The notes under the pieces are model-generated. The model was not told the origin of the DNA. It saw only the letters and a program-made list of their open reading frames with translations, and did no database searches. A DNA stretch of 63,711 bases, counting the filler, from Barthelona sp. PAP020 (Eukaryota): the NCBI GenBank assembly GCA_040182905.1. It is 2 parts of 2 records of this genome, joined end to end, with 100 filler letters (N's around TTAATTAATTAA, not from the genome) between each part and the next. Parts side by side here need not be neighbours in the genome. Positions count along the whole stretch, not along the records: positions 32,092 to 63,711 come from JARQWU010000106.1; 1 more part is not named here. One strand, written 5' to 3'. Shown one piece after another: positions 49,864 through 61,900 of this stretch (positions are counted from its first letter, which is position 1; each line of letters begins with the position of its first letter). The translations under genes were made by a program, and so were the position numbers.

Positions 49864-52800
49864 ATGACAATATTAGAGCATGAATTTACTCCAAAAGAAG
49901 TAAAAGCTCTGTATGAGAATTATGGGAAACGAATTAAAAAGAATCTACCGGTTTTAGTTGGTATTGATCCGAATAAAACGATATCTCGAGTTAATATTGC
50001 GAATAAATATTTATTATTACCGTACAAAGATTATGTGAATGTCAAAATTGAAGATGAAATTTCGAAAAATGAATATGAAATTTCTTCACTTGTATATTAT
50101 TTATATTATAAACAAACATTTGATAGTATTTTGAAGATAGATCCTTCTTTATGTTATGATAAACATTCTAGCATGATTTTTATGTATTTGAATGAAAATT
50201 TGAAATTGCTGAAGAATTTTGAACAACACAGTGAAGAGTATAGTCATCTTACCAAAAATTTTTTAGTTATTGTGTTGCCTATGTTATATCGCCTTATTAT
50301 TGTGGATGTAGACATAACGTTGTCATTAATTGACAAATACATTGTGTTATTGGAAAATTGTGTTGTATTGTTGGATCCTGAGAATTATATGTTACGATTA
50401 GGGTTTTATGAGTTAAAGACATTGTGTTTGAAACAAAAGAATGAGAGTTCATCTATCAAACCTCTTTCAAACCTGTATAGAAATACTGAGCGATTGTCAA
50501 CTTTTGATGTTTCTTTCAATCAATGCGTTGATGAATGTAAAAGGTTGTTACTCTTTTATGAGCCTTCAACCAACTTAGAGGTTTCAATCAATGATTGCAT
50601 TAATATTCTATGGTTAAATCTGGAGGATTATTTGTTAAACAATACTGATTTAAAAAATCATTTGTATTTTAAGGATATTTGCTTATTCTTTGATCAAATG
50701 TTTGGTGATGAAACAACTGATATTTCACTTGATGAAACAGAGCTGATTCAATTATTTATTTTGATTGCCTTACTCAAACCAGATGTTCTTTATGAACAGT
50801 TGCTGTCAAAATTTGAATTATATCAATTGAGCGTTGATGTGTTGGATTTGTGTTGGCAACTTAAACAATTGATGAATGCAACAAATGCTTGTGATTTTCA
50901 AAAGTTGTTGAAAGTCACAGATATCTTGAAATTTTCGCTTAATCATTTCAATGGAATATTGAGTTTTGTTGATTGGGCCTATTCACACATTAGAAACGTA
51001 TTGATGAACTCTTACATTGAATTATATAACCAATCGTTTACAATGAAACAAGAAGATGTTTTAGATCTGGCTGTTCTTTTTCAAAGAATTCAAAATCAAT
51101 GGAAGGACATTTTGATCAAAAATCAACAAATTTCTATCAATAATTTGAAAAGTTTGTATAATTTTTATGAATTATGGACTGTTCAAGACTTTTTAATGTT
51201 TTCTTCGTGTACAGGAAAATTGTTGAACCTAGTTAATGACATTGACACTGCATTTCATCTTTATGACGGTTTGATTCCTATTGTTGAGCATGAAAGAACC
51301 TTAATTGGTCTGATTAATACAGGATCAACCGTTATTGGCAGCTTATCAATGACAGTTGATCTCCCAAAAACTGAAAATTTAAATTTGAACAGTGGCGGCA
51401 TTTTAGCAGACATTCATTTTGAAGCTTTTTTAAATCGTTCTTTATTTTTCATCTTGAGAGGCTTGGAAAGTAGACAACGTGAATTGAATCAGAGACAGGA
51501 GACAAAAATTCAACAAACTCAAAAATTAATAAATTTAGGCTCAACTACATTGAATCTCAATAATATTCAAAAACCCAAGAAGGTGTTATTCAATCCAACA
51601 GTTGAACGAGAGTTGGTAAGATATTGTGGAGACAATAAGTATTATATTTGCATTGTCAAAATACTGTTTTGTTTCTTTAGGAAAGAAGAGGAAGATATTA
51701 AGACTCTATTGACGTTTTGTTATCAAACCATTAAAGAATTAATTTTGGAAGAAAAAATTTTGTTCAAAAAATTCTCGGAAAAGAAACCTTATCATCTTTT
51801 TTTCAGAAATTCTCAGATTATTCAGTACTTTGATGATTCTAATACGCTGAAAAGTATCAACTGTTATGAACCAAACAGATATTACGATGTTGGAACAATG
51901 AAAATTTGCTCCTGTTTACCTCTATCTGTGTTATCTATTTTTGGTTTGTATAATATTGTCAAAAATCGTGTTGGGTGCTTGCAAAATAATCAAGAATTGG
52001 AATTTATTGATCTTGTTTTGAAAGACTTTGTCAATCCCGCTAAGTCATTAAGTCAAGCCCTTTCCTCAGCAATGAATCCAAAACAGATTCAGTTGTTGTC
52101 CCCGGGAGAAATTAAAATGATTCTTTCCGTTCTTCTTGATTTTGTTGAAAACCGGATGGACCAAAACACAGAATTCCAAAAACTGTCGTTCTTTAGAATT
52201 GTGCGTTTCTGTATTGTTTTGGCAATTGTATTGAATGATTCAATTGAAATTTTTAAATCAATTCAAACGTTTGTAAAAGTTTGTGAAAGTTTGAATTTTT
52301 TTCACAAATTCTCCGAAAATGATCTCATTCAAAATGAATGTTTGAAGGTTTATCTTATGTTTTCTGAGGCTAATTTTGATGAACTAAAATCCATTTTTAC
52401 CAGTCAAATTGTTGAAGCACACTTTTTGAAACTAATGTATTTAGCTTTAAGAGTTGATAAATCTCAAGTGAAATTGGTTGAATCTGTCAAGCTGTCAGAT
52501 AAAAATAGTATTGTGTGTTTCTTAACTTTTGTAAAGTTCTTTCAGTTTATTTCACCAAAAGATTGTTTGTTAATGATCAATAGCTCTTCTACTATTGATC
52601 CACAAGAAATTATGAGTGCTTTTGATACTGGTGTTGTTCCTGGGTCATCTGGTACTGTTGAATATTATGAAAATGCTTTGATCATATACAATGTTATTTT
52701 AGGTTTGGTTGATCCTAATTTATTTCTATTGATCAACCCTTATAAAATCAGTTTAACAGATGTTTCTGTGGACAGTAAGTTAGATTTGAATAAACTGTGT

Positions 52801-55800
52801 GAAAATGTGTCAAATGTTTTGAAAGAGTATGATGAAGTTGTTCAACAAATGAAAAAATGTATTGCCGTTGATGAAGAGACTGGTCAATTAATTAGTTCTT
52901 CTTCAGATGGATTTTCAAGGGACAAAACGTCGTCAAAAGATCTGAAAGGGAAAGCTAAAACGAAATCCAAGGATAAAAAGACGAACAAGGATAAAACGAC
53001 CAAGAACAAAAATAAAGACCAAAAAAAAATAGTTGAAGAGGAACTGCCACTTTCAACCCCTGTTGAATTAACCGAGGATCAGAAACAATTGCAAAATAAG
53101 TTTATTTCAATCTTGTTTGCTAAGAAACAATACAATGATATGGTAGCATTTGTACAAAACACACAGTTTATCATTACTCAATTGAGATTGATCGAAGGGA
53201 TTTGTTTATTGACTCCTTTGTTTAAACTTCAAGGAACAATACCAAAACATGTATTAACAGACGATGTTGTTCATGAAAATGAAAATGCCATAGCAGATTC
53301 TCTATTTTCTGCCTTATGTCGAAATATCATCAGTTGCCTTGTTTCATCTGCTGATTTTTATGATTATGATCACAACGTTAAAATTGTACACTCAATTAAT
53401 GAATTTTTGGTCTTAATAACTTCATTTTTCTCATTCTTTTCAAAACCTGAATTCAGTAAATCAACCATACTATTATTTAGAAATATGATTTATCAAATAT
53501 TATGGGCATTTGACAGTTTCAATTATGGATTTTCAAGCAATTTGGACATGACACAATTCATGAATCTTTGTTCCTTAACACTCAAATACGATGATAATTC
53601 AAGAGAAATCCTTGCATTAACCAGTCGAATTTTGAGTGTTTTACCATTGCAAACTTTTAAAATGAATGAAATCTACGGCTATTATGTAAAACACAAGCAA
53701 CTAAAAGATAATGATGACAAACATTATTATCCAGTTGTATCTCAAGAAATCCTCATCAGTTTTGAAGATTCTGATGGGGTGATGGATAATGTTGGTCAAA
53801 AGTTTGAGGAAAAATTTTATCAAAAGGTCAAAAATTTTGAAATTGAAAATTTGGATCTTGGTCAATTGAATGACGCCAAAAGGTCTCTACTGGATAGTTT
53901 TGAGTATTTTTCAACAACAACTGACTTATTTAAAAAGATACATTTGTCTTACTTGATCGGTATTGTTGATCAAAAATTGAATTTGCCTCCAGTAAGATTC
54001 CTATTGTGTGTTGATTTGTTATTGCAAACACCCAAGTCCATTTATAATTTTGAACAAGTCGATTGGAAGAAAGTTTCACAAACATTCAAGGAGTTTAGCA
54101 GATTAAAACCAGTTGAATTGGTCAAAATTATGAATATTATAATTGTTTGTGTTTCAAGAATATTATTGTTGACTGTGGAAGATCTGAGTTTCCCCGTAAA
54201 AGTTTTAATAAGAATTTTGTTAAAACTTTTTAAACTTTTTACAAATATTGTTTCAGGGCTAGACTTACCAAAAAGGTCTCAAGATATGCAATTATATCGT
54301 CGGATCATTTCATTTGATAATTTCTTGAATTTCAAATTTTCAAATTTATTGGATAAATTTTTTATTGATCAATCCCTTGTAACCCCCACTGATTTAGTCT
54401 GGGCAATTGATCATATTCTGTTGATTGTTGTCCAATTTAATGATTCATTGATGGCTTTAGATTCCCTGGCTCTTAATGGTTATGCCTTGTATGTTATTGA
54501 TTCAACCATGTTTGCTAAGGATGAAATGATAAATTGTCAGTTATTGTATGCTTTGCTTTTATCAAAAGCATCCTTTATTGAAGAGAGTTTCTCTTTATTG
54601 AAAAGTTTACAAAATTATAAGACTGGTTACGTGCCCAATTCTGTATTCAACATGAAATATAATTTGCTGAATGAAGTGACGAAAATAACTTTTAATTTTG
54701 AGCATGCTTCCGAGTATTTGTGGAGTTATTTGATTATTTTAGATATTTGCAAACACTTGTTGCTATTTAATGCTGATTCTAATGTTTTGGAAGGGATTTA
54801 TTCGTTTGCACTCAGTATTTATGAGCAACTAGTTTCACTTAATGTACATGAAATGTTGAAAGAAGAATTGGGTGACTATTTTGGAACTATTATTGGGGAA
54901 TTGAATAATCTATTTGGTAATGTTATCTTTGGTATTCATCTTAATCATCAACGATTTGATAAAGCTCTTGAAAGTAGGGTTATTGCAGAGAAAGATACAA
55001 ACATAAGCACTTCTTTAAATAGTTCCAGAAAGAAACAACCAGTAAAGAAAAGTGGAGGCAGTTCAACAAAAAAATCAAGTTCAAACACGTCTTCAGGCAG
55101 TATTAAGCTTGATTTTGATGATCTTGGCAAATCTATGCTGTTGAGATTTAACAGATTGCCCCTTCATGTGGCATATTATGAGTTTGAAATATTTAGAACT
55201 TTAATTGCGTTGAATCATCCTGAAAGCTTACAGTCACTCCCATTTATTCTTATGAATTGTTCGTTGCCAGAATTAAACGAGTTACAACAACAACAAAGTT
55301 ATATTACTGGAGAAGCCATGAATCATGAGTCAACAAGCATAATAAATGGCATAAGTTTCAAAAATTCTCAAAAGTTTGACATGGCGATCAGAAACTTTGA
55401 TTATTTACTTGGTGTTGCAAGAAATGATTTGTATCGTTTGGGCACTCGTTTGGATGTGGATCCAGTTACCATTGGAAGTATTGCAGGGTGGCAAGAGTCT
55501 TCCTTTGTAGTCAGATTCATTGTCATCACTATTGAAAATGTTGAAACCAAATTGTTATATGAACTTAGTAAAGTTACAGCATTTGATGATAACGTTGCTA
55601 CAATTAACAAATTGAAAGAATTGACATACATTGTACAATCAGTGATCAATCTTATTGATTCGACTCATTTACGTCTCAATGATTTCCTTGTGGGTAGAAC
55701 CTATTTCGCATTCAGTAATTTGCACTTTTTCATCAGTCGTATCACAAGGAAAACTGAATTAGTTTTAGAAAATGCAAAAATCTGCAAGGAATTCTATCTT

Positions 55801-56541
55801 AAAGCTTTATCTCATTGGTCAAAGTTGGGTTTCTTTGTTGACAATTTTAACATCTGTTTGAACAGGTTGGTACATTCTTTATTTTTATTAAATGAACATG
55901 ATTTTGCTTGTAAATTGTTGTTGGGTTTCGCTAATGAAGAAAAGAAGTGGTATAATAAACTGAACAATGTTGGCTTTATGACATCAAAAGTTGATCCTAT
56001 TCTGGGTCTCCCCCAACATGCTGAAACAAAAGGTGAATTGATAAGGTCAATTGAATTGTTGAAACGTTCTCAAGAAGCGAATTTAATTCATCTTGATTGG
56101 TCAAGGTATATATCTCCCTTTGAAAAAGATATTAATTTCAATTTGTTGAATGAAATACAAAGTTCAAAATTAGTTTTAGACTCTTCTGTCGCATTTTGTT
56201 TGCTCAAAGATCTGTTATCAACAAATATGCCTGTTATTGATGGTGTTATTGAACCTTGTACCTTGCACATTGTTGTGTTTAATTCACAAAAAGAGAATCT
56301 CAAGCTTTCTTTACCAATACCTGTTGATTTTTGTGTTTTAAAGAAATTCTGGAACAATTGGAATGGATTTTCAAAAATTGACGAAAACCTTCCAAAATTA
56401 CATGAATTATTCGGAGCCGTTGATTCCATTGATGAAAATATTGATAAGTCAGTGTTGGTGGATTTCTTCACAGTTGATTTGAATTTGGGCTTCAGCAGCA
56501 ATAGTGATTTAATTGACGTTTTTGATAATTTGATGGTGTAA
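49864..56541 (+). CDS. Very large uncharacterised helical protein (2225 aa) with Lys-rich loops; weak overall resemblance to CFAP54/CFAP46-type ciliary proteins
   Basis: Uninterrupted ORF; product call rests only on size and composition. Confidence 0.6.
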   Translation: MTILEHEFTPKEVKALYENYGKRIKKNLPVLVGIDPNKTISRVNIANKYLLLPYKDYVNVKIEDEISKNEYEISSLVYYLYYKQTFDSILKIDPSLCYDKHSSMIFMYLNENLKLLKNFEQHSEEYSHLTKNFLVIVLPMLYRLIIVDVDITLSLIDKYIVLLENCVVLLDPENYMLRLGFYELKTLCLKQKNESSSIKPLSNLYRNTERLSTFDVSFNQCVDECKRLLLFYEPSTNLEVSINDCINILWLNLEDYLLNNTDLKNHLYFKDICLFFDQMFGDETTDISLDETELIQLFILIALLKPDVLYEQLLSKFELYQLSVDVLDLCWQLKQLMNATNACDFQKLLKVTDILKFSLNHFNGILSFVDWAYSHIRNVLMNSYIELYNQSFTMKQEDVLDLAVLFQRIQNQWKDILIKNQQISINNLKSLYNFYELWTVQDFLMFSSCTGKLLNLVNDIDTAFHLYDGLIPIVEHERTLIGLINTGSTVIGSLSMTVDLPKTENLNLNSGGILADIHFEAFLNRSLFFILRGLESRQRELNQRQETKIQQTQKLINLGSTTLNLNNIQKPKKVLFNPTVERELVRYCGDNKYYICIVKILFCFFRKEEEDIKTLLTFCYQTIKELILEEKILFKKFSEKKPYHLFFRNSQIIQYFDDSNTLKSINCYEPNRYYDVGTMKICSCLPLSVLSIFGLYNIVKNRVGCLQNNQELEFIDLVLKDFVNPAKSLSQALSSAMNPKQIQLLSPGEIKMILSVLLDFVENRMDQNTEFQKLSFFRIVRFCIVLAIVLNDSIEIFKSIQTFVKVCESLNFFHKFSENDLIQNECLKVYLMFSEANFDELKSIFTSQIVEAHFLKLMYLALRVDKSQVKLVESVKLSDKNSIVCFLTFVKFFQFISPKDCLLMINSSSTIDPQEIMSAFDTGVVPGSSGTVEYYENALIIYNVILGLVDPNLFLLINPYKISLTDVSVDSKLDLNKLCENVSNVLKEYDEVVQQMKKCIAVDEETGQLISSSSDGFSRDKTSSKDLKGKAKTKSKDKKTNKDKTTKNKNKDQKKIVEEELPLSTPVELTEDQKQLQNKFISILFAKKQYNDMVAFVQNTQFIITQLRLIEGICLLTPLFKLQGTIPKHVLTDDVVHENENAIADSLFSALCRNIISCLVSSADFYDYDHNVKIVHSINEFLVLITSFFSFFSKPEFSKSTILLFRNMIYQILWAFDSFNYGFSSNLDMTQFMNLCSLTLKYDDNSREILALTSRILSVLPLQTFKMNEIYGYYVKHKQLKDNDDKHYYPVVSQEILISFEDSDGVMDNVGQKFEEKFYQKVKNFEIENLDLGQLNDAKRSLLDSFEYFSTTTDLFKKIHLSYLIGIVDQKLNLPPVRFLLCVDLLLQTPKSIYNFEQVDWKKVSQTFKEFSRLKPVELVKIMNIIIVCVSRILLLTVEDLSFPVKVLIRILLKLFKLFTNIVSGLDLPKRSQDMQLYRRIISFDNFLNFKFSNLLDKFFIDQSLVTPTDLVWAIDHILLIVVQFNDSLMALDSLALNGYALYVIDSTMFAKDEMINCQLLYALLLSKASFIEESFSLLKSLQNYKTGYVPNSVFNMKYNLLNEVTKITFNFEHASEYLWSYLIILDICKHLLLFNADSNVLEGIYSFALSIYEQLVSLNVHEMLKEELGDYFGTIIGELNNLFGNVIFGIHLNHQRFDKALESRVIAEKDTNISTSLNSSRKKQPVKKSGGSSTKKSSSNTSSGSIKLDFDDLGKSMLLRFNRLPLHVAYYEFEIFRTLIALNHPESLQSLPFILMNCSLPELNELQQQQSYITGEAMNHESTSIINGISFKNSQKFDMAIRNFDYLLGVARNDLYRLGTRLDVDPVTIGSIAGWQESSFVVRFIVITIENVETKLLYELSKVTAFDDNVATINKLKELTYIVQSVINLIDSTHLRLNDFLVGRTYFAFSNLHFFISRITRKTELVLENAKICKEFYLKALSHWSKLGFFVDNFNICLNRLVHSLFLLNEHDFACKLLLGFANEEKKWYNKLNNVGFMTSKVDPILGLPQHAETKGELIRSIELLKRSQEANLIHLDWSRYISPFEKDINFNLLNEIQSSKLVLDSSVAFCLLKDLLSTNMPVIDGVIEPCTLHIVVFNSQKENLKLSLPIPVDFCVLKKFWNNWNGFSKIDENLPKLHELFGAVDSIDENIDKSVLVDFFTVDLNLGFSSNSDLIDVFDNLMV

Positions 56542-56784
56542 TCTTGTGGTTTTTTTATCTTTGAAAGCGCTCGTAAACATATTTGTTTTAATATTTTTAT
56601 TTCTTTAATTTTCTTAAAAGAAAAAGGAGCTTTGCCATTTCACTGGTAAATGGATTGAATAAAAGGTAAATTTTTTTTCTTACCCACAAGTTCTTCCATT
56701 AATATGAAACTAACAAAACTCTAAATTGAGAAAATAAAAAATAAAAAATTGTAAAATTAAAAAAAATTCACTCAATCTAAATAT

Positions 56785-57669
56785 TTATTCCAAATGATGC
56801 CTTCTTAATGGTCCTTTGTGATGCATTTTAATACTGACAATTTTTGCTGTCTCATCTAGAGCTTTTTGAGCATCTAAACCACTTTGCAAAAATTGTAAGA
56901 GAGAAGCAATGGTTGTATCCCCTCTGCCAGTGCGAGTATCACCAGTTACTGTGTCTAAACCAGTCCAAAAAGCTTCACCTAAACATTGTCCTTCATCAAA
57001 CAACTTGCATCCCAATCTGTACGTACATAAAACCTTTGGTCCCAAAGAATTTAAATATAAACAAGCTTCATGCATGTCTTTGATTCCAGTGACCAAACTT
57101 GCTTCCATATGATCAACTTTCAATAAATCAACATATTGTAAACATTTTTCCATTTGTTCCCAAGGCATTTTTTCAACATGTTTGTCTTTTGAATCATCTG
57201 ATGTGTCTTTTAAATGACGAGTAAAACCCTGAATATCCATAGCTAAATACCTACATTTCTTCTTTAAACTTTCAAAAAGTTCCTCTGGAAATTCTCCATA
57301 CCACAATGGTGATAATAGTACAACACTATTATCGGGAATATATTCCAAATCGTCAATTGTCCATGGATCAGCAGTACAAGGAACTAATTGAACACGTAAA
57401 TCAAGATTATTCGGATCAGGATGAATATTTTGAAAAACAGTTGATTTTTCAGAATCAATAGCAATAAACTCATTAACTTCCTTGCTAAATATTTCGAAAT
57501 AACCATTGTCTGCGGGGGAACGTTTCAAAATAGCAGTCACATTATGATTTAATGCAGATAGTGCCAGACTTGAATAATAAACACCTCCTCCAGGAACATA
57601 GCTTTCCTTTCCATCATCAATGATTCTGTCTAATGTAGCATGTCCAATAACAAAATATGTTTCACTCAT
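56785..57669 (-). CDS. PfkB/ribokinase-family carbohydrate kinase, prokaryote-like
   Basis: IGHATLDRI...PGGGVYYS, MDIQG, LKVD..EA, RTGRGDT anion-hole motif; ATG at 57669. Confidence 0.85.
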   Translation of the reverse strand: MSETYFVIGHATLDRIIDDGKESYVPGGGVYYSSLALSALNHNVTAILKRSPADNGYFEIFSKEVNEFIAIDSEKSTVFQNIHPDPNNLDLRVQLVPCTADPWTIDDLEYIPDNSVVLLSPLWYGEFPEELFESLKKKCRYLAMDIQGFTRHLKDTSDDSKDKHVEKMPWEQMEKCLQYVDLLKVDHMEASLVTGIKDMHEACLYLNSLGPKVLCTYRLGCKLFDEGQCLGEAFWTGLDTVTGDTRTGRGDTTIASLLQFLQSGLDAQKALDETAKIVSIKMHHKGPLRRHHLE

Positions 57670-57827
57670 CTTGTCGTGATTAGATAAAAAGAAAAAATTC
57701 AAGATTTTCTTTTCCTTCAAGAATTGTATTATCTCTTTCCTGACAAAATAACCACTAAATGCTTTGCAATATTCTAAAAATAACAAAACACTTTATAATT
57801 TACAACAAAAACAAAAGAAAAAAAGTA

Positions 57828-58415
57828 TCATTCATGTCTTTTGACGGATTTTGGTCTGGCCGACCTTCTTTTTTGTCTCTTTTCAATAGGTTTTGATTCG
57901 ATCTCGTTTGGTTCTAGATTATCTGCTTCCACAACGGTATTCATTTCTGCTTGTGGGTCTACAACATTTTCAACCGCCGTTTCAACCGTTTCAGTTGTTG
58001 TTTCTGCTTGAACAGGTTGTTTTTCTTCAATTGTTTCTTCTACTGTTGTAGTTTTTCTGAGCACTTTTTGAACACGTTTTAATCTTTTGCCTTTGTAAAC
58101 TCTTTTTTGTTTGGATTCATCTTCTGTCTTTTCTTTTTGTTCTTTCTTTGGTGCATTTAAGAACGTAATTGGCGTTTGATGTCTGGTGGAAACATAGATA
58201 GTTGGAGGAACCAACCATCCAGATTCCATTAATGCTTTTCTTGAAAAATAGTTATGAAGTTCAATTTTAACCTTTTGCCATAAAGAACTATCTTCACTGG
58301 TCAAATTAATATGAGCATCAGTAATAGTTGGAAAATCAAAGGGATAATCAGTAAAATCATCTCCCCAAGTGAATCTCGTGTTGGATTCAAGCTTATCCTT
58401 ATTCGAAACGTTCAT
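57828..58415 (-). CDS. Hypothetical protein (195 aa) with charged C-terminal half
   Basis: ATG-initiated ORF in gene-dense context followed by a TGTAAA motif. Confidence 0.65.
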   Translation of the reverse strand: MNVSNKDKLESNTRFTWGDDFTDYPFDFPTITDAHINLTSEDSSLWQKVKIELHNYFSRKALMESGWLVPPTIYVSTRHQTPITFLNAPKKEQKEKTEDESKQKRVYKGKRLKRVQKVLRKTTTVEETIEEKQPVQAETTTETVETAVENVVDPQAEMNTVVEADNLEPNEIESKPIEKRQKRRSARPKSVKRHE

Positions 58416-58918
58416 GATAAACTAAAAAAAAAAGTGACATTTTCCAACTTCCCATCCTTTTTCATTTTTTGTGACAACTTTCATTTTCTCTTTATTTTCG
58501 ACAATTATTTGCTGATATTTTCAACAAACCACTTTTTCAATAAAGTTTTCAGTTTCTTTGCGAAGGTTTGGAAATGAAGGGTAATATTCACATCAATCAT
58601 TATTATCTAGGCATTGTTTGATTTTCAATTTGGCTATTTGTTTTAAAATGGGGCAAAAAGCCAAATTGAAAGTCATTATCCACATAATATCTTTATGTTT
58701 TAAATTTCAATCAAAGGAGACACAATTGTTTGAATAATTTGAAAAAAATAAACACATTTTGCTTTTATTTATAAAATTTATTGTCAATTTTGCTGAAAAA
58801 GGAATTGGTATTTGAATCAACAGTTGAAGATTGCTTTTCAAAACACTGGTTTCACTGAAATCTTCAGAATTTCAAATGATCGAAATTCAATGGTTCACAT
58901 ACCCAAATCTTTAAAATT

Positions 58919-61900
58919 TTACTCTTTATTTTCATTTTCAGAAGATATTTTGTTTTCATCTGTGTAATTTTCAATAGTTTCTGATTCAACATTTGGTGAA
59001 CTAACATTGGTTGTTGAGTCTTCTTTATCTTCTTCAAGAACTTCCTTTTTAGACATCACTTCAACTTTTTGTCTTTCAACAACTTCATCAACACTCATAT
59101 CTTCAACAATTCTTTCATCCTTTTCTTCTTTCACAGTTTCAGCTACATTTTCAGCTACATTTTCATTTAATTCATGTTTAACACTTGTTGAAACGCAATC
59201 AAAATCTTTGTTTACATCAACAACATTCCTTTCAACTTCATTTTCACTTTCTTCAAGTTCATCTTCTTCAGTTTCTTGTCTTGTTTCATCAACATCTCTT
59301 TCATCAATTTCACTCCTATTTCCTTGTTCTTGTTCAGCTTCAATAACGTCAAGTTCTTCATCTTTTTTAACATTTTCTTCTTCAAGTTCAGTTTCAATTT
59401 TTTCATTTTCATCTTCATTTTCACTTTCATGGTCTTTTTGAAGTTCACTCTCACTCTCACTCTCACGTGCAGGTTCAGATTCAATATCTTTATTTTCATC
59501 CTCCTCTTCGCTTTCATGCTCATTTTGTTTTTCTTCCAGTTCTAAATCACACTCAATTTCATTTTCATTGTGATTTTGCTCGTCTTTTTCACTATCCATA
59601 TCAAAAACATTTTGGTTTTTACTTTCACTTGGATTTGGTTCTTCTTCAACTTCAGGTTCTTGAACTTGATCAATTTCACTTGACTTTTCGATTTCATTTT
59701 CATTTTGAACAGATTCTTTCTCAATTTCAATTTCAGTTTGTTGATCTTCATGTTTATCAGCAATATTTTGATCAAATTCTTCTTGTTCTTGATGTTCATT
59801 TTTTGAGACGTTTTCATTTTCATTTAGTTCAATTTCATTTTGCTCTTCTTCTTTTTCTTTTTCTTCTTCTTTTTCTTTTTCTTCTTCTTTTTCTTCTTCT
59901 TCTTCTTTTGGTTGTTCAGATTGATTTTTATTTTCTTCATCGGTATCAACATTTTTTTCAGAATCAACCATTTCTTCCTTGTGTTCAACCTTATCATCAA
60001 TATCTTCTTCAGGTTTAATTTCCTTGCTATCATTTGTTTCAATAATCTCTTCAATTGGTTCTTGTTTGATTGGTTCTTGTTCAATTTCTTCTTTTTCTTC
60101 TTTTGATTGTTCAGATTGATTTTCTTCTTTTGGATTTTGTAGGTTTTGAATCTTTTCATCAATTTTTTGATCAGCTTTTCTAAAAACATAACTCAACTCT
60201 TTTTGTTTTCTGGCAGCTTTTAAGAATTTACTGATGCTATTATGTACATTGGTTTCTTCAGGTGATAAAGTATTATCAGAACTGCTTAAAATAAAATCAA
60301 TTTCAACTAAGACATTGATAAGATTCTTTGTTGCCAATAATTTAACAAATCTTGAATATTTCAATAGTTTATCCAAATATTTAATCCAAGAATCATCAAA
60401 AAGATTTTCATTAATTTTCTTTTCAGTAATATCGATAATTTTACTAAACCCAACAACATAATCATCAAAATAAATGTAATCTTTCATATCAAACAATCTA
60501 ATTAACTCATCAAAATCACTTTCTTTGGGCAAATTCAATTTTATGAAATTTTCAATAATTTTTTCAAATATTTTATTCATAATTTGACCATATTCAATAT
60601 CTTCTTGATTAAAATACCAAGGATAAAAAGTTTCTTTTTCAATTACTCTTAATTGTTCTTCATTTTGTAAATTTAACCACTTTAACCAATAATTCTTTAA
60701 ATTATCATCATAAAACACATGAATTATATTGGAATCAAAAGATTTAAAATCATTTTGATACAAGTATGCTAAATAAGGTGGTAAACATAACAATAATTGT
60801 TTCTTAAATGAATAATTAGTTAATTCTTTTCCATCTTTATCAACAATATTTATATCATTCAAAATTTTCATAAAAACCTTGACATCAAAGTTACAATTTT
60901 TGATTTTAAAGAAATAATTCAATATCAAGATACCAAAACCACAATTCAGACAATGATAACAAAATTGTTTATCAAATGACAATAATGAATCAAAAAGACT
61001 AAAAATTAAATCAATATGATTGTTAGAATTTGTTCTTTCATTAATATATACAATCAATTCTCTTAAAATCAAATGATTAGATATCAAATAATTGATGAGT
61101 TTAATTTTAAATGATTTAATAGTGATTAAATCAATGAAAATTTGAACTATTTGTCGAATAATCAAATATTGTTCATTCAATAAGAATATTTTACTTAAAA
61201 ATAATTCAATTATTTCATCATCAAATAAATTACCAATTGTTTCAGCATTCTGTTTGATTAAAACTGATATACTATCAATAAATAATCTCATTCTCTTGAT
61301 CGAAATAATATTTTGGTTTTGATTTTGATTATCGTGATCATTCTTCAATTCATCTAACATTTTTGTGAACAACTTAATACTGTTTTCTTTTTCAATTTTA
61401 AATGTGGGCATATTTACCAAAGTTTCCAAAAAAATTCCTTCAATAATGGTGTAATTGGCGTAAACTTTAGGTTTAAAGACTTTGTTATTATTGAGATTTT
61501 CATACATCCATTCCTTAAATTCGTTTATCCATTTTGAATTCCACACAATGATTGGAGTCTCAATATTGGTGGTTAATGTGGTTTCTAAAGAATTATAATC
61601 ATTTTCCAAACAAATATTTTCAAATATTGGAAAGGTTTGCAAATGTTCATGAAGAGTTTTCAAATATTCAAACATTTTTCGTTTTGCTTCAGGAATACTT
61701 AAATTCTTGTGTAAAAATACAAGCATAAAAAGTTTATAATTTTCCAAACCTTTCAAACCTTCAAACAATTGATAAAACAAATGATCAATTTCATCATTTC
61801 CCTCAGTATCTTTGAACAAATTAAAATATTGTTGGAAAACGTTCTTATCAACTTCAATTATGTCATTAATATCCTGAATTTCTTTGCAAACATTTCTGAT

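Noticed and set aside
59007..60189. Several overlapping ORFs with poly-F, poly-K or poly-S
   Set aside because: Shadow frames of the Glu/Lys-rich tail of the RME-8-like gene
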